From positions 592,700 through 656,699 of the forward strand of contig CAZNAI010000003.1 of the NCBI GenBank assembly GCA_964571235.1: a stretch of DNA of 64,000 nucleotides, in the 5' to 3' direction. Shown piece after piece: positions 10,137-19,547 of this stretch. The stretch is from an uncultured Ignavibacteriales bacterium. GTDB taxonomy: Bacteria > Zixibacteria > MSB-5A5 > GN15 > FEB-12. The notes under the pieces were generated by a model. The model was not told the origin of the DNA. It was given only the letters and a program-made list of their open reading frames with translations, and made no database searches. A program made the translations under genes and the position numbers. How positions within the stretch are numbered: position 1 is the first letter of the stretch; each line of letters starts with the position of its first letter.

Positions 10137-11549
10137 TTGTCGATGAAGGAGGAAACGTTGAGACTTGGACTTAAGACCACGATAGTGGCCGCCTGCCTGA
10201 TGTGCGCCGCCGGCGTACTGGCCGGACCGAAAGCCAGAAAATTGACGGCTGACGCGTATATCAAAACTGCAAAGATCGAGATCGGGTATGTTGACACGAC
10301 CCGATACGCATATGCATCAGTCATGCTTGATTCGCTGTTTCTGTACTACGGTCCGTATGCCGAAGGGTATTACTGGATAGCCAAGATGCAGATCGACGTT
10401 AACGAAAAGAACGGCGATTTGAAGAGAAAGCTTCCGTACATCACCAAGGCGATGGCGTATCTTGATTCGCTTCACATGGTCTGCGCCGACAAGAATGCCA
10501 AGCCAAATAACAAAAAGAGTTGCGACAAGTTTGTGCAGGAACTCGACTCGATCAAAGTGTATTATTGGCGCACGTTTTACAACAGCGGCGTTGATCAGCT
10601 CAAGCGGATCACCGAGCAAACAGATAATCTGAAGACCGAAACCGATTCGGCCATCAGACTTGAATCATATAAGATCATCACGCAAAATACCGATTCGTGC
10701 CTTGATAATATGAGTCTGGCAATCGCGATCGATCCGGGCGACTCACGGGCGTATATCGGAATTGCCAACGCCTATGAAAAGCAGGATTCTATAGCGCGGT
10801 CTACCGAGTGGTTGATGAAAGGTCTGGAGCGCGCGAAAGTGCCTGAAGAGCGGCTACCACTTGTTCAGCAACTTGCGGTCACCGCCGGATCGGCAGGAAA
10901 TTACTGCGACGCCGCCTTGTACTTTGGACAATGGGTGGAACTCACCGCCAAGGATAGCACGGCCACTGAGACCATGTCCAATCTGGCGATTTGCCTGAAC
11001 GGATGCGGGATGTATGACTCTGCCCTGGTAATTCAGCGGGAGATTCTCAAACTCAGCCCCGGCAATGCCACTGCACTGACTGGAATCGGAAAGTACTACG
11101 GCGAAATCGCTAACTGGGCGAGCGACTCGGCCAAGGCGCACGAAGAAGCCAAGGACTCGATCGGCGCCAAGAAGTGGCTGACTATCCGCGGCCAGCGATT
11201 CGATTCTGCAAAAGTGTATTTCAAGCAGGTGTTTGATATGTACCCGGACAGCGTGACGGTGGCCGATCACTACGGCCTTATTTGCGCCTCGCGCGGCGAT
11301 TATGCCAATGCTGTTCTGGCCTTTGAACGGATTACCCGGTTGGATCCATCGAATGCCGACGCCTGGACCAGCTTGGGCGACTGCTATCTGTATATGAAAC
11401 GGTTCAAAGACGCCATCGGACCGTATGAGAAAGTCATCGAGGCCCAGCCGGGCAACAAGGCGGTCATGCAACAGTTGAAAAATCTGTATCATGAGCAAAA
11501 CATGACCGCAAAAGAGGCGGCGATTGATGCTCGCCTGAAGAATTTGTGA
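10137..11549 (+). CDS. Secreted tetratricopeptide-repeat protein
   Basis: An N-terminal signal is followed by repeated A..Y...G.Y..A...F...L.L.P.N..A patterns, e.g. ADAWTSLGDCYLYMKRFKDAIGPYEKVIEAQPGN. Confidence 0.75.
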   Translation: MSMKEETLRLGLKTTIVAACLMCAAGVLAGPKARKLTADAYIKTAKIEIGYVDTTRYAYASVMLDSLFLYYGPYAEGYYWIAKMQIDVNEKNGDLKRKLPYITKAMAYLDSLHMVCADKNAKPNNKKSCDKFVQELDSIKVYYWRTFYNSGVDQLKRITEQTDNLKTETDSAIRLESYKIITQNTDSCLDNMSLAIAIDPGDSRAYIGIANAYEKQDSIARSTEWLMKGLERAKVPEERLPLVQQLAVTAGSAGNYCDAALYFGQWVELTAKDSTATETMSNLAICLNGCGMYDSALVIQREILKLSPGNATALTGIGKYYGEIANWASDSAKAHEEAKDSIGAKKWLTIRGQRFDSAKVYFKQVFDMYPDSVTVADHYGLICASRGDYANAVLAFERITRLDPSNADAWTSLGDCYLYMKRFKDAIGPYEKVIEAQPGNKAVMQQLKNLYHEQNMTAKEAAIDARLKNL

Positions 11550-11573
11550 CGATCTGCAAGATATGATCTGTAA

Positions 11574-11603
11574 GGGCTGGCTCTCTGCCAGCCCTTTTTG
11601 TTT
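11574..11603 (+). terminator. Rho-independent terminator after the TPR gene
   Basis: The hairpin is gggctggc tctct gccagccc, followed by tttttgttt. Confidence 0.75.
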
Positions 11604-11612
11604 CTTACCCCT

Positions 11613-14003
11613 GTGAGCCGATCCGACCGATATGTCCAGATAGCCGTTAGTGGGGCGTTCTGCCGTACTTTCACGTACGCCGCGCCTGCCGAACTGGGGC
11701 CTCTTACGCCGGGCCAGCGAGTGTTGGCGCCTTTTGGAAGGCGTTCGCAGATTGGATTCTATATGGGGCTCGCCGATCCGCCAGTCGGTATAGCAATAAA
11801 GTCGATCACCAAGGTTATCGACGCGGTCAGTCTCATTCCCCCCGATCTGTTCAAATTGTCGGTATGGATCGCGCAGTACTATGTGGCGAATCCGGCTGAC
11901 TGTTTGGCACTGGCTCTGCCTGCCCCAGTTCGGAGTCGATCTGGAGCACAAATCAGATGGGGAAGTGATCTTGAGAAGATACCTGATAAACTAAGAGGTC
12001 TGGCCAGACCGGGGAAAAAGGTCAGCCCGGATGAACTGGCACGATTGAAATCAAAATCCTCGATTGCACAGTTGATAGAAAACGGAATTGTCGTCGAGTT
12101 CTGGCCCGAGACAGACAAAAAAGCGCGAACGGCAATCGCCGGATATCGATTGTTGCAGGTCGAACAAGATGCGTGGCAACAGTTCTTTCAAAAGCGAAAA
12201 GTGAAAGCTAAGCCGTTTGAAGGAACGCGAGATCGGGCAGACCTCCTGTCGCTCGGGTGGACCGGACATCTGATTGTCGCGGCGGTAAAGGCGGGTCTCT
12301 TGTCGCCGGTTGCGGCAAAAACGGATCGATTGCTTGATCTGATTCCGGGTCGCGATGAAGTCCGCTCACACCATCTCACCAGCGCACAACAGCGGGTGGT
12401 AGATACTGTCGCCTCTGCTCTTGGTAACGACCCACAAACTTTTCTTCTGCACGGAATCACCGGCTCCGGCAAAACGCTGGTCTATTGCCACATTGTCGAC
12501 CGTGTGCTTGCCGCAGGCAAGAACGCTCTGATCTTGACGCCGGAAATAGCACTGGCCGGATCAATGCTCGGGTACTTGCGCGGGTATTTCGGTGATCAAA
12601 TTGCAATTATGCATTCGGCGATGAGTGAGCGGTCGCGGCTGGCGACGTGGGAGTCGATTCGGAGTGGTCGATGCCGTATTGTGGTTGGGCCGCGCTCGGC
12701 GCTCTTTGCGCCGCTCGCAAATCTGGGAATTATCATTGTCGATGAAGAGCACGACGGCTCTTACAAACAGGATGATCCCTCGCCGCGCTTCCATGGGCGC
12801 GATTGTGCCATCATGCGCGGGCAGATTGCCCGTGTGCCGGTACTGCTTGGTTCGGCGTCGCCGTCGGTTGAGTCATATCATCAAGCAACATCCGGCAAGT
12901 ATACATTACTCGAACTGACCGAGCGACCGGCGGGTGCGCGTCTGCCGATGGTGCGGGTTGTCGATCTGCGCGAGGATCGATTGGGTGGGGATTTGTCGTT
13001 CATGTCGTACTCACTTAAGAAAGAAGTCGAGTCGCGGCTTGCGCAGAACGATCAGGTAATTCTGTTCTTGAATCGTCGCGGATATGCCTCGCAACTCAAG
13101 TGCGGGTCGTGCGGGCATGTGCCCAACTGCCCCTCATGCGAGATACACATGACCTACCATAAAGCGGGTGGAGGGCGACTCGCCTGTCACTACTGCGGAC
13201 TGGTGCGCCGTGATTATGTAGTCTGCGAGAAATGCGCCGGACACCAGTTTCTGTATGTGGGTGCGGGGACTCAGAAACTGGAGGAGTCAATCGGTCGGAT
13301 GTTTGAGCAGGGGAGACCGCTCCGCTTTGACTCCGATGCCGCGACCGGAGAATTTGGCGCACAAACTATTCTCTCGGACTTTGCACGCGGGGATTACAAT
13401 CTTTTACTCGGAACACAGATGGTGACCAAGGGATTGGATCTTCCAAAAGTTTCTCTGGTCGGCGTTTTGTCGGCCGACGCCGGAATGGACTTGCCGGATT
13501 TTCGCGCCTCAGAGAAGACATTTGCCAGACTCTTGCAGGTGGCGGGAAGATCGGGTCGGACCGAACTGCCGGGAGAGGTAATCATTCAGACGTTTGATCC
13601 TGAAAACCCGATCGTCACACTCGCGGCACGTCAGGATTACAAAGGATTTTTCGAGCGGGAGATAGGCATGCGGAGTGATCACCAATTTCCGCCGTTCAGC
13701 CGATTGGTTAATATCGAGTTTTCAGGCAAGCTGGAAGCGCAGGTGGCGCGGGAGATTTCAGAATTTCGCGGCCGGCTTGAAAAACAACTCGCAACACGAA
13801 AATTGCAGGTCGAGATTCTCGGCCCCGCCCCATGCCCGCATGCGTTTGTGAGGGGTGTCCATCGGCGGCACTTGCTACTCAAGTCGGTGAAGATGCAGTC
13901 GCTGTCGCGACTATTGTTTGAGTGGGAATCCAGTGAATCGCATTTTGGCGTCACATCGGCGATAAAAGTACGCGTCGATGTTGATCCGGTTGATTTGATG
14001 TAA
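11613..14003 (+). CDS. priA: Primosomal protein N' (replication restart helicase PriA)
   Basis: Walker A is GITGSGKT and DEEHD is present. The Cys4 zinc region is CGSCGHVPNCPSCEIHMTYHK...CHYCG. GTG 11613 is preferred because the track start TTG 11598 lies in the terminator T-tract. Confidence 0.9.
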   Translation: MSRSDRYVQIAVSGAFCRTFTYAAPAELGPLTPGQRVLAPFGRRSQIGFYMGLADPPVGIAIKSITKVIDAVSLIPPDLFKLSVWIAQYYVANPADCLALALPAPVRSRSGAQIRWGSDLEKIPDKLRGLARPGKKVSPDELARLKSKSSIAQLIENGIVVEFWPETDKKARTAIAGYRLLQVEQDAWQQFFQKRKVKAKPFEGTRDRADLLSLGWTGHLIVAAVKAGLLSPVAAKTDRLLDLIPGRDEVRSHHLTSAQQRVVDTVASALGNDPQTFLLHGITGSGKTLVYCHIVDRVLAAGKNALILTPEIALAGSMLGYLRGYFGDQIAIMHSAMSERSRLATWESIRSGRCRIVVGPRSALFAPLANLGIIIVDEEHDGSYKQDDPSPRFHGRDCAIMRGQIARVPVLLGSASPSVESYHQATSGKYTLLELTERPAGARLPMVRVVDLREDRLGGDLSFMSYSLKKEVESRLAQNDQVILFLNRRGYASQLKCGSCGHVPNCPSCEIHMTYHKAGGGRLACHYCGLVRRDYVVCEKCAGHQFLYVGAGTQKLEESIGRMFEQGRPLRFDSDAATGEFGAQTILSDFARGDYNLLLGTQMVTKGLDLPKVSLVGVLSADAGMDLPDFRASEKTFARLLQVAGRSGRTELPGEVIIQTFDPENPIVTLAARQDYKGFFEREIGMRSDHQFPPFSRLVNIEFSGKLEAQVAREISEFRGRLEKQLATRKLQVEILGPAPCPHAFVRGVHRRHLLLKSVKMQSLSRLLFEWESSESHFGVTSAIKVRVDVDPVDLM

Positions 14004-14041
14004 GTTCAATTGCGCGGTATACGCCGTCGTAAAGTCAACAG

Positions 14042-14322
14042 CCCCTCATCCGGCCTTCGGCCACCTTCTCCCAGAGGGAGAAGGATAGACGCACGCAATC
14101 ATTGATGATTTCGATTAAAATTCCCTCTCCCTCTGGGAGAGGATGTCACGAAGTGACAGGTGAGGGGTTCGTGCGCGGCAGACGCCCTCGTCTGCCCGTC
14201 CGGGCAGGAAGGGGCAGGCAGGAAGCCCGCCGCCCACAAACAAAAAAAAGCCGCGCGTACGCGCGGCTTTTGTATTCGATTGACCCTTGAAATCGTGGCG
14301 CACGAGAATGTACGCCACGCAC
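14042..14322. repeat. Hairpin-repeat mosaic between convergent priA and rplY: K hairpins (14064-14084, 14124-14159), B-rc (14171-14198), A (14211-14237), E (14294-14322)
   Basis: Sequence identity to the A, B and E copies elsewhere in the window. The K hairpins are ccttctccc-aga-gggagaagg and cctctccc-tct-gggagagg. Confidence 0.85.
14242..14271. terminator. Bidirectional Rho-independent terminator (priA / rplY)
   Basis: The sequence aaaaaaaa gccgcgc gtac gcgcggc tttt has an A8 run on one side and a T4 run on the other. Read on the minus strand it is the hairpin followed by T8. Confidence 0.8.
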
Positions 14323-14332
14323 AGGACCAAAT

Positions 14333-15079
14333 CTACTTCTTGTCGTCCTTCTTCCCTTTGTCGCCCGCAGGAGCGGCTTTGGCTCCGGCAGGTGCACCGG
14401 CGGCCGGCTTGGCGCCAGCGGCGGCAGGAGCGGCACCCTCTTTGGCGGCGCCTTCTGCGGCGGCGCCTTCGGCAGGTACACCCTCGGCGCCTTCAACGGC
14501 GGCGGCGGGAGTCTCAACCTTGATGATCGTCGGCGCGGTAATCACAACGACCGTACGTGTCGGTTCGCCGAGAATGGTCGCGTTGGCAATTTTGATCGCG
14601 CTGACGTGGATCGAGTCGCCGATCCCAAGCTCGGTGACATCGACTTCGACTTTCTCGGGAATATCAGTCGGGAGACACGAGATTTCCAACTCGCGCATGA
14701 CCACCTGCATGATGCCGCCTTCACTTTTCACACCCTTGGAAACACCGGTAAACTGGACCGGGACTGAGATGTGAATCGGGCGGTTCATCGAGATGGCATG
14801 GAAATCCAGATGTAGCACTTTGTTGGAAACCGGGTCGCGCTGGATCTCGCGCAAGATGACTTTGTTTTGTTTGCCGTTCACGTCGATCGTGAACAGGGCG
14901 CTCTGCCCGCCGGCCAGTTTCATGGCGGTGCGGAATGCGCGTTCTTCGACCGCCAGCGAGGTCGGCTCAGTCTCCGGGCCGTACATCACTGCCGGTATTT
15001 TGCCGCCGAAGCGAAGCTGATGGGCGGGGCCTTTTCCCTTGCCCTGTCGCGGCTGGGCGGCGAGCGAAATGTCTTTCAT
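14333..15079 (-). CDS. rplY: 50S ribosomal protein L25 / general stress protein Ctc, with Ala/Pro/Lys-rich C-terminal tail
   Basis: N-terminus is RQGKGKGPAHQLRFGGKIPAVMYG. The protein has the long two-domain Ctc form and sits next to prs. Confidence 0.9.
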   Translation of the reverse strand: MKDISLAAQPRQGKGKGPAHQLRFGGKIPAVMYGPETEPTSLAVEERAFRTAMKLAGGQSALFTIDVNGKQNKVILREIQRDPVSNKVLHLDFHAISMNRPIHISVPVQFTGVSKGVKSEGGIMQVVMRELEISCLPTDIPEKVEVDVTELGIGDSIHVSAIKIANATILGEPTRTVVVITAPTIIKVETPAAAVEGAEGVPAEGAAAEGAAKEGAAPAAAGAKPAAGAPAGAKAAPAGDKGKKDDKK

Positions 15080-15117
15080 GGTCGGTGTCTATCCTCCGTT
15101 ACGTAATTATTGTCGTA

Positions 15118-16083
15118 TCACATTTCTTTGACCGGCGCACTCTCTTCAAACAGAGACGACACCGACTGTTCTTCAAAGATTCGTTTGATCGCTTCGCCTA
15201 TTAGCTCCGAGCAGGTAAGAACTTCAAACTTGCCCGAGAGTTTTTTATTGGACTGATCAATCGAATCGCAAATGACAAATTTCTTAATGGGTGACTTTTC
15301 GATTTTTTCGAGGGCAGAGCCCGAAAGCACACCGTGCGTGCAGGCGGCGTAGATATCTCCCGCACCGCGCTCACGGCAGAATTGGGCGGCCTGGCAGATT
15401 GATCCGCCGGTGTCGACCATATCGTCACGAAGTAGAACTGTTTTGCCTTCGACATCGCCAATCAGGTTCATCACCTCGCTGACATTCGGGCGGGCGCGAC
15501 GTTTGTCGACAATGGCAAGCTCGCCGCCGAGCGCACTGGCGGTCGAGCGGGCGAGTTTGAGCGAACCAACATCCGGGCAAACCACCACTAAGTTCGGCAG
15601 ATTCATTTTGCGGAAAAAGTCATTGAACACACCGGCCGAATAGAGGTGATCGTGGGGAAGATCGAAAAAGCCCTGAATCTGGCTGGCGTGAAGGTCCATA
15701 GTCATGATGCGATCAGCGCCTGCGGTGGTGATTAAGTTTGCCACCAGCTTGGCGGTGATCGGAACGCGCGGGCGGTCTTTTCGATCCTGACGGGCGTAGC
15801 CGTAGTAGGGAATGACTGCGGTGATACGCATCGCCGAGGCGCGACGGGCGGCCTCGATCAGCATCAGCAGTTCCATCAGGTTTTCCGCCGGCGGATTAGT
15901 CGACTGAATTATGAACAGGTCGGCGCCACGGACATTCTCGTTGATCTGGACAAAGACCTCGGCGTCGGAAAAACGGGTGACCGTGCAGTCGGTTTGTTTC
16001 TCGCCCACATACGCGGCAATTTTGGAGGCCAACTGTGGATTGGCGTTGCCGGTGATCAATCGAATGTCGCTACGGATAATCAT
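15118..16083 (-). CDS. prs: Ribose-phosphate pyrophosphokinase
   Basis: Diagnostic segments are YYGYARQDRK, DLHASQIQGFF and DDMVDTGGS. Confidence 0.95.
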   Translation of the reverse strand: MIIRSDIRLITGNANPQLASKIAAYVGEKQTDCTVTRFSDAEVFVQINENVRGADLFIIQSTNPPAENLMELLMLIEAARRASAMRITAVIPYYGYARQDRKDRPRVPITAKLVANLITTAGADRIMTMDLHASQIQGFFDLPHDHLYSAGVFNDFFRKMNLPNLVVVCPDVGSLKLARSTASALGGELAIVDKRRARPNVSEVMNLIGDVEGKTVLLRDDMVDTGGSICQAAQFCRERGAGDIYAACTHGVLSGSALEKIEKSPIKKFVICDSIDQSNKKLSGKFEVLTCSELIGEAIKRIFEEQSVSSLFEESAPVKEM

Positions 16084-16130
16084 AAATCGTCAGTTTCTCT
16101 CACTCTACCAAAGCGCGTTGTCGGAGCCGT

Positions 16131-16253
16131 CACGCGAAGCCCAAAGTCCAGACAAACGTCCGGCTTCAGACTCTCGGCGTGCACACAGCTCTCAATCTCA
16201 ATCGGCGTCGTTGTCGCCATCACGCGAAGCCCAAGGTCCAGACAAATGTCTGG
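16131..16253 (-). repeat. Two copies of a tRNA-trailing hairpin element (16131-16163 and 16221-16253)
   Basis: On the minus strand the copies read ccagacatttgtctggaccttgggcttcgcgtg and ccggacgtttgtctggactttgggcttcgcgtg. A third copy follows tRNA-Ser at 47750-47781. Confidence 0.8.
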
Positions 16254-16321
16254 GGCGCCAGGATTCGAACCTGGGATTGCCAGCTCCAAAGGCTGGTGTC
16301 TTACCACTTGACGACGCCCCA
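16250..16321 (-). tRNA. tRNA-Gln (anticodon UUG), CCA not encoded
   Basis: The minus strand reads TGGGGCGTCGTCAAGTGGTAAGACACCAGCCTTTGGAGCTGGCAATCCCAGGTTCGAATCCTGGCGCCCCAG. It folds as a cloverleaf with a 7-bp acceptor stem, anticodon loop CT-TTG-GA and a GTTCGAATC T-loop. Confidence 0.9.
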
Positions 16322-16327
16322 ACATCT

Positions 16328-16600
16328 TCAGTCCTGCGTCGCGTGCGCCTTGAGCTCCTTTTCGTAGGCCTCGAGCACCCGGCGCTCCAAATCGGCGCGC
16401 ATGTCCTTATTGACCGGGTGGGCGACATCCTGGTGCGTGCCGTCGGGCCGTTTTCGCGAGGGCATCGAGACAAAGTAGCCGCTGGTGCCCTGAATAATTT
16501 TCAGTCCGCGAACGACAAATGCGTTGTCGAATGTGACGTTCGCAAAACCCTTGAGCTTGTCCTCATTTCTGAGGGTAACTCGAATCTCGGTGATCTCCAC
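16328..16600 (-). CDS. spoVG: Septation protein SpoVG
   Basis: The sequence MEITEIRVTLRNEDKLKGFANVTFDNAFVVRGLKIIQGTSGYFVSMPSRK is highly characteristic of SpoVG. Confidence 0.95.
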   Translation of the reverse strand: MEITEIRVTLRNEDKLKGFANVTFDNAFVVRGLKIIQGTSGYFVSMPSRKRPDGTHQDVAHPVNKDMRADLERRVLEAYEKELKAHATQD

Positions 16601-16622
16601 GGTTGCCTCCCCGGCAAGTGAG

Positions 16623-17522
16623 TTACGTTCCCGAGAACACGATCGGCCGCACGGTGTGAATGCGCCAGCCGCGTTCGTTGCCGATGGCGTCTATCCCGGC
16701 CGGGGGCGGGTCAGCAAATAGCCCGACGACCGCCGGGCCTGATCCGCTCATCCTGGCAAGGAGAGCGCCACATCTCAAAAGCTCATCCTTAACGCTCACC
16801 AATTCAGGGTAGAATTGAGGATGAATCTTCTCAAAATCGTTACCGGTGAGCTTGAGTTGCAAAACAAGCTCACTGGCCGATTGGCAAGAGGTTAACATAA
16901 ACGGCGGCTTTGGGTTTGTCAAGCCGCGTTCGGACAGGGCGCGGTAAGCCGAGGCGGTCGATTCCTTGGTTCCGGCAGTGACCAAGACAACCCAGTAGTC
17001 AATGGGAAGTTGGACGGGGGTGCATGTTTCGCCGCGACCGTTGACGATGGCCTGACCTTTTGTAAAGAAGAAGGGAATATCCGAGCCGACAGAAAGGCCG
17101 ATCTCAGCCATAAGATTTTGCGGCATATTAAGTTCAAAGAGGTCATTGAGGGCGAGAATGGTCGAGGCGGCATCGGAGGAGCCGCCGCCAAGACCGGCGG
17201 CGGTGGGGACGTTCTTTTCGATGGTGACAGTCACTCCGCCGAGGTTTGGTCGAGATTTTTGGACCGCTCGGTATGCCTTGGTGATCAGGTTGTCGGGGCC
17301 GCAGTCGAGATCGGTGATCTCGCTGGTGGGGGAGAGAATAATCTGGATATCGGGAGTCGTGGATTTGGTGAATGTCAGCCTGTCGAAGAGGGAAACGGCC
17401 TGAAAGAGCGAGTTGATGTTGTGGTAGCCGTCGGGGCGCTTGCCGAGGACTTCGAGGAATAGGTTGATCTTAGCCGGCGCGCCGATGACGAGAGAATCCG
17501 GGGTGAGGCATTTGAGGAACAT
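16623..17522 (-). CDS. ispE: 4-diphosphocytidyl-2-C-methyl-D-erythritol kinase
   Basis: GAPAKINLFLEV and the GHMP kinase motif PTAAGLGGGSSDAA are present. Confidence 0.9.
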   Translation of the reverse strand: MFLKCLTPDSLVIGAPAKINLFLEVLGKRPDGYHNINSLFQAVSLFDRLTFTKSTTPDIQIILSPTSEITDLDCGPDNLITKAYRAVQKSRPNLGGVTVTIEKNVPTAAGLGGGSSDAASTILALNDLFELNMPQNLMAEIGLSVGSDIPFFFTKGQAIVNGRGETCTPVQLPIDYWVVLVTAGTKESTASAYRALSERGLTNPKPPFMLTSCQSASELVLQLKLTGNDFEKIHPQFYPELVSVKDELLRCGALLARMSGSGPAVVGLFADPPPAGIDAIGNERGWRIHTVRPIVFSGT

Positions 17523-17927
17523 GGGGGGATGATAATAGGGGGAGGGCGAGAAAGAAACTGTGCGCGAGTCCTGTCCGCCGAAGAGTGGGCATCCAGCCGC
17601 TGAATCGGGAACCGCCTGTGATTGTATTTGGCGTCTCGATCCCCGCTCTGCGTCCGCCTGCGGCGGACTTGTCGGGGATGAGATTGTAGGTGTGGCATTC
17701 CTGTGCGACGAAGACGTTCTCGCTTGCCCGTCGTTCGGAAAAGGGCTGACCGGGAGGTCTGCCGCCCACTGGCGATCTGGCTCAATGGGTCAATATCCAT
17801 AAATTCAACAGCCGTTGAAAGATGTGAGCTCCACATCAATATGAGTTGAGCCATTCGAAACTTCTCAAAATCCACGCCGTTTAAAGGATATAACAGCTCC
17901 ATAATTGGTTCTATCGAGGAGTTCGCA

Positions 17928-19388
17928 GTGATTTCACATTCGGGACATGACGATTCACCAGGAAAACAGTTCATTGGGAATAGACGTAGCACCGCTCGAG
18001 GTGTTATAGTAGGTGGCCTGATGCTATTTGCAATCATGCTAACGCTCGCGGGCGGAGCGATAGTAATGGGATGGATTTCCAATGGACGTGACGGACAATT
18101 CGAACTCGAACGATGGCTTGTACTTGAGCTAACGGTTGGTGCGGTAGTGAGTGCGGCTTGCGGTTATGTCTGCCGCCGGATAGCTGGACAGTTCTCGGGC
18201 CCATCCATTTTGGCAATTCTGGTATTTTGCGTTGGCCTTCTCGAGGCATCAACCATTTTGTCGTTCTCGGAACGATCTGAATCTGGCGTTTCTACTCTGC
18301 TTACATTGCTTGCACCATTTGTCTCTGCTCTGGGCGTGTTAGCCGGCGGATGGCGCCCTAAGCGGCGCCAATTGGCGCTGATTGACAAGACTCGCGAGGT
18401 ACGCCTGAAGGCTGTCATACAGTATGGTGTGCCGGCAGTAGTTCTTGCTACGGCAACCCTGCTTTCAATTCTTCAACTACCAAGACAGGCTATTGAATCC
18501 ACTTCTCTTGTAACCGCCTCAGCGCTCACTCTTGATTTTGTCATTACGATTCCCGCACTCGCGTATCTGCTGTTGGTTCGAACCAAGCGACTGCCGCTCA
18601 TCGCCCTTTTTCCCATCTTTGCCGTGGGATACGCGTTTGCACTGGCGACGATTCCGGCTGAGTACTACACTATTCACAATGTACTTAAGTGGGTTGTGAT
18701 TCCGGTTGAATTGCTGTTTGTCGGTTACCTCCTGACACTCGCAAGAAAGATGATCAAGGGCACAGCGGCGGCAGACGCTGATTTTGTAACGCGCTTTAGG
18801 ATGATATCACGGGGCGTGTTAAGCAAACGTGTTCCGGCGGACATTCTCACAACTGAGATTTCGATTCTTTACTATGCGTTTCGCGGGCGAACGGCAGAAC
18901 GCGATGAGACCGCGGCCTTCACGGTGCACAAAGAAGTCGGATATCTCACAGTGTTAGGGACCTTGTTGACCCTTTTCGTTATTGAGATCGTCGCCCTTCA
19001 TTACATTCTCATTTCGTCGCATCCTACTCTCGCCTGGATTCTGACAGGATCGAGTATTTATGGATTAATCTGGGTGGTCGGTGACTACCGGGCTATGGTG
19101 GCACGACCGATGCGAGTGACTGAAACATATCTGCAGTTGAGAGTGGGTGTCAGGTGGGAGGCGGATATTGCGCTTGATCAAATTGCTCTTGTCGAATCAA
19201 ACGTGAGTATGAAAGAGCCAATTGGTCGGGGGACTGCAAAGCTTGGGATGCTCAGTCAGAGCAACCTGCATCTCACACTGAAAGAACCGGTAGAGATCGT
19301 CGGGATGTACGGACTGCGAAAGAAAACAACAGACATCTGGTTGCAGGTGGATCGTGCTGATGATCTGTGCAAACTTCTGCGTGCTTGA
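17928..19388 (+). CDS. Polytopic membrane protein of unknown function, possible bPH-like C-terminal domain
   Basis: About 10 hydrophobic segments are followed by two helices and a ~110-aa soluble beta-rich tail (RVTETYLQLRVGVRWEADIALDQIA...). The start codon is GTG. Confidence 0.55.
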   Translation: MISHSGHDDSPGKQFIGNRRSTARGVIVGGLMLFAIMLTLAGGAIVMGWISNGRDGQFELERWLVLELTVGAVVSAACGYVCRRIAGQFSGPSILAILVFCVGLLEASTILSFSERSESGVSTLLTLLAPFVSALGVLAGGWRPKRRQLALIDKTREVRLKAVIQYGVPAVVLATATLLSILQLPRQAIESTSLVTASALTLDFVITIPALAYLLLVRTKRLPLIALFPIFAVGYAFALATIPAEYYTIHNVLKWVVIPVELLFVGYLLTLARKMIKGTAAADADFVTRFRMISRGVLSKRVPADILTTEISILYYAFRGRTAERDETAAFTVHKEVGYLTVLGTLLTLFVIEIVALHYILISSHPTLAWILTGSSIYGLIWVVGDYRAMVARPMRVTETYLQLRVGVRWEADIALDQIALVESNVSMKEPIGRGTAKLGMLSQSNLHLTLKEPVEIVGMYGLRKKTTDIWLQVDRADDLCKLLRA

Positions 19389-19547
19389 GTAACTGTACCA
19401 GAAAGTCGAAAATTAGCTAATCGGAGCACCCGATATATGTCGCGAGGCGGTTCTTCCTTTCAAGCAACCAATCCTCACGATCGGGCTGACTTACTTTTCG
19501 GGCACAGCTTTGTGCGACCCGCAGTCTGTCAATCCAGCCAGCGAGGC

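Noticed and set aside
10854-11951. 365-aa ORF on the minus strand
   Set aside because: It is entirely antisense to the TPR gene, the terminator and the priA start. It has no recognisable motif and is a high-GC antisense artefact.
14146-14774. ORFs 14146..14517(-) and 14160..14774(+) with Ala/Pro-rich translations
   Set aside because: They span the repeat mosaic and the strand opposite the low-complexity tail of rplY. L25/Ctc is the real gene here.
16090-16250. Second tRNA or tRNA pseudogene between tRNA-Gln and prs
   Set aside because: The duplicated 33-nt segments form only a single hairpin. There are no cloverleaf or T-loop (GTTCGAATC) features.
17375-18082. 235-aa minus-strand ORF
   Set aside because: It overlaps the ispE 5' end, the long intergenic region and the start of the membrane-protein gene. 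It has no motifs and an Arg/Ser/Pro-rich composition.
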